47,442 nucleotides of DNA from Candidatus Hydrogenedentota bacterium (GTDB lineage Bacteria > Hydrogenedentota > Hydrogenedentia > Hydrogenedentales > GCA-2746185), in contig JAYGCN010000313.1 in assembly GCA_046583315.1 (NCBI GenBank), positions 1 to 47,442 of the forward strand. The letters are read 5' to 3'. Position 1 is the stretch's first letter. Every line of letters begins with the position of its first letter. Position numbers and translations under genes: made by a program. The notes under the pieces were generated by a model. The model saw nothing but the letters and a program-made list of their open reading frames with translations. It was not told the DNA's origin and made no database searches. Positions 40,404 through 47,442 of the stretch are shown one piece after another.

Positions 40404-41498
40404 CTACCTGCCCACGGCGTCCTTTACCGGAGGCCGTGCTTTCGGGTAAGCCTTGGCATAATCCAGTCCAAGTAGCGCCGCGACCGTTGCTGCAGTCTGC
40501 CCCTGCACGATGTCGCCCTTCTTCACGAGGCCCTTTGATGGCGTGTCGGGTCCGATCACGGCGAACCAAATCTGTTTGGCCCCTTCTACGTTCTTCCCGT
40601 GATTCTTCCACTCTGGGTACTCATCGCCGCGACCGTGATCGGTGGTGATTACGATCGACGTTTTGCCCGCGTACTCTGGTATCGACTGCGCCAATTCCCA
40701 AAGATCCTGAATATAGCGATCCGTGCGATTCGCCGCGTCGAGGTACATGTCATACCGTCCGTCGTGTGACCAGTCATCCGTTTCGCCGTAGCCCACATAA
40801 AGCAGGCGCGGTTTGCGATGTCGCATGGCATCCAGTACGCCTTCATGCGTGATCCAGTCGATGCGGATGCCGGGCCAGAAGTGGGCCATCTCATCCGTGA
40901 CCGTGTTCAGTGTTTTCTGCAGAGCTGCATCACCCATATTTTCGAAGTGTTCCCAGCCGGCGTTGACCGGTACGCCACTGCGCTCTTCATTGATGATGAA
41001 AGGAAAGACATCCCATGAACAGAACGCCTCGACCCGACCCTGGAAGTCTTCCTGTTGGTTGACCCATTCCAACACGGTCACGTTTAGGTTCTGCTTTTTC
41101 GCGTTGGACTTAATCTCGGGGTCGGGAAATCCGCTCAGGATTTCGTTATACCCGGGATAGGAGAAGACCTGATCGTTTTCCAGCATGACCGTGCTCTTCG
41201 AGTCAGGATCGCCCCAAATTTGGCCCTCCTTAAGAAGAGTCGACCAGAAAAAGGGAAGCAGTGCCTCTCGCTGTTCCTCCGGCGTGTCCCGTTTGAATCG
41301 TTCGCGCAACGAACGAATGTCTCTGACGTTGCCGACGTTCTGGTTGGCCAGACGGCTGTCGAGTCCGCCGAACACCTCCTGCCAACGCAACCCGTCAAGC
41401 GTAACGAGAATTACATTTTCGGTTTTCAGTTCGGCCTGCGCCATCCATGGGACCGATCCGACAAGCACGGCTGCGAGTAAACGAAGAGTAGATTTCAC
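40404..41498 (-). CDS. Alkaline phosphatase superfamily protein
   Basis: LVTLDGLRWQE, FSYPGYNE, ETDDWSH, TTDHGRG; GTG 41498 behind AAGGAG; signal peptide. Confidence 0.8.
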   Translation of the reverse strand: MKSTLRLLAAVLVGSVPWMAQAELKTENVILVTLDGLRWQEVFGGLDSRLANQNVGNVRDIRSLRERFKRDTPEEQREALLPFFWSTLLKEGQIWGDPDSKSTVMLENDQVFSYPGYNEILSGFPDPEIKSNAKKQNLNVTVLEWVNQQEDFQGRVEAFCSWDVFPFIINEERSGVPVNAGWEHFENMGDAALQKTLNTVTDEMAHFWPGIRIDWITHEGVLDAMRHRKPRLLYVGYGETDDWSHDGRYDMYLDAANRTDRYIQDLWELAQSIPEYAGKTSIVITTDHGRGDEYPEWKNHGKNVEGAKQIWFAVIGPDTPSKGLVKKGDIVQGQTAATVAALLGLDYAKAYPKARPPVKDAVGR

Positions 41499-41679
41499 GG
41501 AACGACTCCTTATCAAAAGCGATTTCCAGAGTGGCTACTCTACCACCAATGTCTTCTATTCTTCACTTTAACAGTCGAAACACTTGCGCGAGGGGTTTGA
41601 TTCCCTTATCCGGTCTGTTACTATTCCTATAGCAATTGATAATTGCGGGACAGCCGAACCCCATGGAACACGATTTTTA

Positions 41680-43980
41680 ATGACAGAACAGTTTTTAGCA
41701 GGATATGCGCGCGCGGTTGTCCAACGTCGCTGGTTTTTTCTGGTCTTTGCGTTTCTGGTTCTGTTCGCAACGGTAGCCGGTGCGCCACGCATTGTGTTCG
41801 ACGACAACTACCGCAGTTTCTTCAGCGACGACAATCCGCATCTGATAGCCCTCAACGCGCTGGAAGAAACCTACGCCAGAGAAGAAGTGATCCTGTTCAT
41901 TTTGGCTCCAGAGAATGAAAAGGTCTTCACGAAAGAGACACTTGAAGCGGTGCAGTGGCTTAGCGAAGAGGCCTGGCAGATCACGCATTGCACGCGCGTC
42001 GACTCCGTTACCAGCTATCAACATTCCTACGCGCAAGGGGACGACATCGTCATCGAAGACCTCGTGCCGGAAGGACGCGACTTCAATGTCGAGTCGATTG
42101 CCGGTATTGAAAAAATCGCGCTCAGTGAACCGTCATTGGTCAATCGCCTGATCTCGGAAAAGGGACACGTCACGGCTGTCGCGGTCACGCTCGTGTTGCC
42201 GGGGGTGGCCGGGGGTGAGCGCACCGAGCCGATTGCAGACGCGCGCGCGTTAGAGGCGCGTTTTGAGGAGGCATACCCCGACATCGATGTGCGGCTTACA
42301 GGCGGCGCGGTGCTATCGATTATGTTCACCGAATACACCATGGCCGATATGAATTTGCTGACTCCGCTGATGTACGTGCTGATTTTCATATCCATCGCCA
42401 TCATTCTGCGCTCGTTGTGGGCCACTTTGGCGGCGATGACCGTTATTCTGTTGTCTGTGGGATCGGCCATGGGGCTTGCGGGATGGTTGGATCTGCACAT
42501 GACCGCGCCCTCTTCGGCCATGCCGACCATCGTGATGACGCTGGCCGTGGCGGATTGTATCCATATTTTGACGACCTTCCTGGCCAAGGTGCGTAGTGGT
42601 TCGACGCGTGAGGACGCGATTGAACACAGCCTGAAGATCAATTTTGGAGCGACTGCGATCACCACATGCACCACCGCGCTCGGACTGCTCACGACGCAAT
42701 TCAGTGACGTGCCTCCGCTTCAAGAATATGGGCTCATGACGGCCATGGGCGTCAGTATGGCGTGGTTCTATTCCGTCGTGCTGTTGCCGCCCCTGATGAC
42801 TATTCTACCCGCACCTAAACTTCGCGCACACACCGAAGGTGAAGGTTTTTTTGATCGCCTGGGTGGCACCGTGGCGGTCCGCAAGAAAGAAATCGTGGCT
42901 CTATCGTCGATATTTGTTGTGATCTGCGGAATGGGACTCTACGGCATCGATTTCAAGAATAACTGGATCAATTGGTTTAAGCCGCACACGCAATTTCGTC
43001 AGGATTTGGAATTTACGACCGCGAATTTATCCGGCATCAACGCACTGGAATTTTCGATTCCGTCTTCAGGTCCCGGCGGCATCGCCGACCCCGAGTATCT
43101 TGAGCGACTGGATGCCTTCGCGCGGTGGGTTCGTGATCAGCCGTACGTGAGCCAGGTCAGCACGCTTGCCGATACGATGAAACGCTTGAACATGAACATG
43201 CACGAAGACGACAGGGCTTACTATCGAATTCCGGAGACCGCAGAGCTTGCCGCCCAGTATCTTCTGCTTTATGAAATGTCGCTGCCCTACGGACAGGATC
43301 TCAATAACCAAATCAATCTCGATAAATCCGCGACACGTGTGTTTGTGATCACCGAAGACAAGAATTCGAGCATCATCAATCAAATGAAAATCGACTGGGA
43401 AGCGTGGCTGGACAACAACGCGCCGGCGTATATGGCATCCGAAGCTACGGGGAACGGCGTTTTATTTCCCAGTATCGCCGAAAATACGATCCGCAGCATC
43501 GCGATCACGACCCCCATCGCCCTGGTAACGGTTTCGCTTCTATTGATCGTCCTCTTTCGTAGCGTTCGTTATGGACTCATCTGTCTCGTACCGAATCTCG
43601 TACCCCTCATCATCTCCTTCGGCATCTGGGGTTATCTTTTCGGGCGTATTAATTTTGGCGTCGCCTGTGTCGCGGGTCTGGCGATTGGGATTGTGGTGGA
43701 TGATACCGTGCATTTCATGTCCAAATACCTGCGCGGTCGTCGCGAGCAAGGCATGAGCCCTGAAGCATCGGTGCGCTATGCGTTTACGACCGTTGGCCCC
43801 GCGCTCGTCACCACGTCTATTGTATTGATTATCGGTTTTTCGGTCATGCTCCTGTCCTCGTTTAACTTCAATTCAGACATGGGACTGCTCGCGGCGTTCG
43901 CGATAGCCACCGCGTTGCTCGCAGACCTCTTTCTTTTGCCAGCAATATTGTTGATACTGGATCGGGATTCGAAGTCCTGA
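41680..43980 (+). CDS. MMPL/RND family transporter
   Basis: Two-fold TM repeat with LAVADCIH and GIVVDDTVH motifs and two large periplasmic loops. Confidence 0.9.
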   Translation: MTEQFLAGYARAVVQRRWFFLVFAFLVLFATVAGAPRIVFDDNYRSFFSDDNPHLIALNALEETYAREEVILFILAPENEKVFTKETLEAVQWLSEEAWQITHCTRVDSVTSYQHSYAQGDDIVIEDLVPEGRDFNVESIAGIEKIALSEPSLVNRLISEKGHVTAVAVTLVLPGVAGGERTEPIADARALEARFEEAYPDIDVRLTGGAVLSIMFTEYTMADMNLLTPLMYVLIFISIAIILRSLWATLAAMTVILLSVGSAMGLAGWLDLHMTAPSSAMPTIVMTLAVADCIHILTTFLAKVRSGSTREDAIEHSLKINFGATAITTCTTALGLLTTQFSDVPPLQEYGLMTAMGVSMAWFYSVVLLPPLMTILPAPKLRAHTEGEGFFDRLGGTVAVRKKEIVALSSIFVVICGMGLYGIDFKNNWINWFKPHTQFRQDLEFTTANLSGINALEFSIPSSGPGGIADPEYLERLDAFARWVRDQPYVSQVSTLADTMKRLNMNMHEDDRAYYRIPETAELAAQYLLLYEMSLPYGQDLNNQINLDKSATRVFVITEDKNSSIINQMKIDWEAWLDNNAPAYMASEATGNGVLFPSIAENTIRSIAITTPIALVTVSLLLIVLFRSVRYGLICLVPNLVPLIISFGIWGYLFGRINFGVACVAGLAIGIVVDDTVHFMSKYLRGRREQGMSPEASVRYAFTTVGPALVTTSIVLIIGFSVMLLSSFNFNSDMGLLAAFAIATALLADLFLLPAILLILDRDSKS

Positions 43981-44092
43981 CCGCATTCACGCTCGATTTG
44001 CATCGGTGTAGGTTTAATTCTATACTGATACGAGTCTTTCTCTTGGCGTTCGCTGTAAAATGCCATCGCAAACTGGGTAAAGGTGCAACACC

Positions 44093-44686
44093 ATGGTACA
44101 AGGTCAAGTTCTGGTTCTGAACAAGTCGTGGGTCGTCGTGAACGTGGCATCCGTGCGCCGTGCGATGGGCCTGCTGTACCAGGATCTTGCCCGGGCGGTG
44201 AATCCGGAAGACTATTCCCTCTACGATTTCGAAGACTGGTGCGAGCTGTCTAAAATAAAAAAGACGGCGCGCATGATTCATACGCCGACCCTGGAAATCC
44301 AGGTACCCGAAGTAATTCTGCTGAATGCGTTCAACGGTTTCTTTCGTCGTGAGGTTCGGTTCTCGCGCCGCAACATTTTTGAGCGCGATAAACACACGTG
44401 TCAGTATTGCGCCAGGAAACTCAACAAACCCGAGTTGACCATTGATCACGTTGTACCGCAATCCAAGGGCGGCACAGATACCTGGGACAATCTTGTTCTG
44501 GCGTGTGTTGCATGCAACGTGCGCAAGGCGAATCGTACGCCGAATCAAGCCAATATGCCGCTGATCAAGAGACCGGTGAAGCCATCTTGGTTGCCTACCC
44601 TGGGCGCAAAAATTCCGGCTCAAAGTCGATCCAGTTGGCAACGTTTTCTCGATACCGCGTATTGGGATTCGGAGCTGCGCGAGTAG
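44093..44686 (+). CDS. HNH endonuclease (McrA-like, VLVLN N-terminus)
   Basis: RDKHTCQYC, LTIDHVVPQSKGG..WDNLVLACVACNVRK. Confidence 0.9.
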   Translation: MVQGQVLVLNKSWVVVNVASVRRAMGLLYQDLARAVNPEDYSLYDFEDWCELSKIKKTARMIHTPTLEIQVPEVILLNAFNGFFRREVRFSRRNIFERDKHTCQYCARKLNKPELTIDHVVPQSKGGTDTWDNLVLACVACNVRKANRTPNQANMPLIKRPVKPSWLPTLGAKIPAQSRSSWQRFLDTAYWDSELRE

Positions 44687-44692
44687 CCCGAT

Positions 44693-47146
44693 ATGTCTCC
44701 ACCCCACTACGTTCATGTGGCTTTGCCGCTTCCCCTCGATCAATTATTCACCTACCGCATTCCTGAGTCCATGACGGATCAGCTCCAGCCCGGTATGCGT
44801 GTCGTCGTGCCGTTTCAGCATCAATTTCAGACCGGGTACACCGTTTCGCTCGAGTCGGAATGCGATCTGGAAAAAATCCGTGACGTGGAGGCGGTGCTCG
44901 ATGCTAATCCGATTATTCGACCCGACATGATGAAGCTGTGCACCTGGATTGCGCAATATTACTGTTGCTCGCTGGGTGAGGCACTGCATTGTACCGTTCC
45001 GGCAGGCTTATCCGTGCGCACGTCGAAAGAATATTCGTTGCTGACCAATAATCTCACTGCGGGACGCTTTACGGATGCGCAGCGCGAACTCGTCGCCATG
45101 TTTCATTCACGCGGTACGATGTCCGAGGTGGCGGTCAAGAAGGCCATTGATTCACCTACGTTGAAGAAGGATCTGCAATCCTTGGTGCGGCGGAGTTTGC
45201 TACAAGCCACGACGGTTATTCACGAAGAACGTATCACGGTGCAGTACGATACCTGGTTGACGCTGGTTTCTGAGGCTTATCTATCCGCGAAACAGCTGGT
45301 TGCTTTGCAGCGAAAGGCATCGAAACAGGCGGCGGTATATCTGGAGATTCTTCGGAGTTCCGGCGAGGCCCTTGCCAAGGACGTCTATCAAAAACACGGA
45401 GCCTCATCTGCCACAGCGCGGACCATGGAAAAGAAAGGCCTCATTCAAATCGAGAAACGCGAGTATTACCGCGATCCACTGTTCAATACGCTGCCCGCTC
45501 AGGCCGAAAAGTTCACGCTGAACCCCGAGCAGCAACACGCTTACAATGCGATGATAAAACCCATCGCCGAAGAAGCGTTTTCGACGTTTTTGTTGCAGGG
45601 GATTACGGGCTCCGGCAAGACGGAGGTCTACCTGCAAGTGATGGAGTTCACTCTTGCGCAAGGTCGATCCGCCATCATGCTGGTACCGGAAATTTCGTTG
45701 ACGCCGCAGACGGTGGGCCGTTTGATGGCCCGTTTCGATAATCACATCGCCGTGCTGCACAGCGGACTCAGCGCGGGGGAACGCTTCGATGAGTGGCGAC
45801 GGGTTCAACGAGGCGAGGTGCAGATTGTTGTCGGGGGCCGGTCTGCCGTGTTCGCTCCCTTGCCCAGTCTGGGACTCATCGTGGTTGACGAGGAACACGA
45901 TAACTCCTATAAACAGTCCGATACGCCACGTTATCATGCGCGCGATGTCGCGATTGTGCGCGCTCAGACAAACCACGCCGTGTGCATCCTCGGATCGGCT
46001 ACGCCATCTATCGAGTCCTATCAAAACAGCGAAACCGGGAAATCTATTCGAATCGAGTTGCTGCAGCGGGCCACCTCGGGCTCGTTGCCCAAAGTGGAAA
46101 TTGTGGACATGCGCGCTGAGTCGGCAGAACACGGGGGCGAACTCGTGTTGTCCAAAATGCTCGAGACGGCGATTCTGCAACGTCTCGAAAATTATGAACA
46201 AACCATCTTGTTACTCAACCGACGGGGTCACTCTCCTTTTGTATTGTGTCCGCAATGCGGATGGTCGGCAGAGTGTGACCATTGCAATGTTACGTTGACG
46301 TATCATGCGAAAGGACAATACCTCGCGTGTCATTATTGCGACGCGCGCCATGAGGTGCCGGTGGTGTGCGGACAGTGCCATTTCAACCCCCTGATTTATT
46401 TGGGCGCAGGAACACAGAAGATTGAGGACTACCTGCAGCGCAGCTATCCCGATGCCCGCATTGCGCGCATGGATCGGGACACGACATCCACGAAAGGCAG
46501 TCACGCCGAAATTCTGAAACGATTTTCCGATCGCGAGATCGATATTCTCATCGGTACACAGATGATCGCCAAAGGTCACGATTACCCGGCGGTCACATTG
46601 GTCGGTGTTGTCAACGCGGACACGGGATTAACGCTACCCGATTTTCGAGCAGCAGAAACCGGGTTTCAATTGTTAACTCAAGTCGCTGGCCGTGCAGGGC
46701 GTGGTGATAAAGCCGGGCAGGTAATCATCCAGACCTACCGGCCCAAACATTTCGCCATCATCCATGCCGCGAATCATGATTACGCCGGATTTTTTGCCAA
46801 CGAGATTAAATTCCGGGAATCGGCTGCGTACCCGCCATTTCGCCGCATGATGAATCTCGCCATCGAGAGTGAAAACCTCATCGAGGCCGAGCGCTCCGCA
46901 AGCCACTTGCACCGGGTCGTTCGCAATCAAATGGATGCCCTGGGCTTCACCGGCATGGAACTGCTCGGACCGGCTCCGGCGACCATTCACCGTGTGCGCA
47001 ATCGCTATCGTTGGAATCTGGGCGTGTTGTCCAAGTCCAGTAAACGGCTGAATACCCTTGCGCGGCAGGTGCGTGATGAATTCGGCGAGTCCTCTCCGGC
47101 CAACGTGTTACTGAAAATCGATCTGGACCCCTACGGAATGTTCTAA
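44693..47146 (+). CDS. priA: Primosomal protein N' (replication restart helicase)
   Basis: GITGSGKTEVY, LVPEISLTPQ, DEEHD, GSATPS, four CxxC pairs, GTQMIAKGHD, QVAGRAGR. Confidence 0.97.
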   Translation: MSPPHYVHVALPLPLDQLFTYRIPESMTDQLQPGMRVVVPFQHQFQTGYTVSLESECDLEKIRDVEAVLDANPIIRPDMMKLCTWIAQYYCCSLGEALHCTVPAGLSVRTSKEYSLLTNNLTAGRFTDAQRELVAMFHSRGTMSEVAVKKAIDSPTLKKDLQSLVRRSLLQATTVIHEERITVQYDTWLTLVSEAYLSAKQLVALQRKASKQAAVYLEILRSSGEALAKDVYQKHGASSATARTMEKKGLIQIEKREYYRDPLFNTLPAQAEKFTLNPEQQHAYNAMIKPIAEEAFSTFLLQGITGSGKTEVYLQVMEFTLAQGRSAIMLVPEISLTPQTVGRLMARFDNHIAVLHSGLSAGERFDEWRRVQRGEVQIVVGGRSAVFAPLPSLGLIVVDEEHDNSYKQSDTPRYHARDVAIVRAQTNHAVCILGSATPSIESYQNSETGKSIRIELLQRATSGSLPKVEIVDMRAESAEHGGELVLSKMLETAILQRLENYEQTILLLNRRGHSPFVLCPQCGWSAECDHCNVTLTYHAKGQYLACHYCDARHEVPVVCGQCHFNPLIYLGAGTQKIEDYLQRSYPDARIARMDRDTTSTKGSHAEILKRFSDREIDILIGTQMIAKGHDYPAVTLVGVVNADTGLTLPDFRAAETGFQLLTQVAGRAGRGDKAGQVIIQTYRPKHFAIIHAANHDYAGFFANEIKFRESAAYPPFRRMMNLAIESENLIEAERSASHLHRVVRNQMDALGFTGMELLGPAPATIHRVRNRYRWNLGVLSKSSKRLNTLARQVRDEFGESSPANVLLKIDLDPYGMF

Positions 47147-47225
47147 TAGTCTACGGACGGGGGATAGACGATCACCGTGACCACCTGTTCCCCTGACCCC
47201 AAGTGAAATATTGAGGAGGATCATC

Positions 47226-47442
47226 GTGTCCGAACAATTGAAACGCGCACGCATCGTGGGTACCGGTATGTTTCTGCCGGAGAAAGTGGTCACCAACGAC
47301 GATATTTCCAAGATGTGCGATACCAACGACGAGTGGATTCGGAAACGCACGGGTATCCATGAACGCCGGTTCGCCGAAGACGGTGTCGGCAGCGCAGAGC
47401 TGGGCACAAAAGCAGCAGTGATGGCTCTTGAAAATGCCGGCG
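47226..47442 (+). CDS. fabH: 3-oxoacyl-ACP synthase III, partial at the window edge
   Basis: RBS GAGGAGG; VSEQLKRARIVGTGMFLPEKVVTNDDISKMCDTNDEWIRKRTGIHERR. Confidence 0.9.
   Translation, partial: MSEQLKRARIVGTGMFLPEKVVTNDDISKMCDTNDEWIRKRTGIHERRFAEDGVGSAELGTKAAVMALENAG

Noticed and set aside
44093..44686. HNH protein as IscB/Cas9-like or homing endonuclease
   Set aside because: Only 197 aa, no RuvC motifs, and no flanking array, intron or transposon ends.
43868..46579. Minus-strand ORFs 43868..44743 and 45404..46201
   Set aside because: Antisense to the HNH gene and priA; no protein-like motifs.
47158..47195. Imperfect GC hairpin between priA and fabH
   Set aside because: Single imperfect copy with no U-tract; cannot be called a terminator or REP.

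Overview
Bacterial chromosomal segment, about 55% GC by spot counts with a dip to the mid-40s around 15.5-20.2 kb. The gene content (DUF1549/DUF1553 + DUF1501 pair, sulfatase, rny-ymdB-smc, TMTC-like TPR protein) suggests a PVC-adjacent lineage such as Hydrogenedentota; this is inference, not verified. The centre very probably holds the replication origin: a DnaA-box cluster plus a Bacillus-type unwinding module (tandem boxes, GC spacer, DnaA-trio-like repeats, (TA)7) lies directly upstream of dnaN, and gene orientation switches across it. dnaA, recF and gyrB are not adjacent. In dnaA's usual place is a small secreted Ser/Thr/Gly-rich protein with a consensus promoter, a ~200-nt rod-folding leader RNA and a terminator between it and the origin. 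Left arm: REC-GGDEF cyclase (partial), a hybrid histidine kinase broken by an internal deletion, acyltransferase, DUF1501/DUF1549 pair, VOC protein, a low-GC gene with an apparent premature stop, ruvAB, PfpI, heme-c/copper monooxygenase-like protein, SGNH hydrolase, sulfatase, TMTC-like protein and YcxB. Right arm: lipoprotein, TPR protein, degenerate Gfo/Idh/MocA protein, oppABC-dinB-oppDF, orphan PilB/GspE ATPase, a long structured leader before rny-ymdB-smc, PQQ/cytochrome c dehydrogenase, hydrolases, MMPL transporter, HNH-priA and the start of fabH. No CRISPR array, tRNA, rRNA or mobile element was seen.
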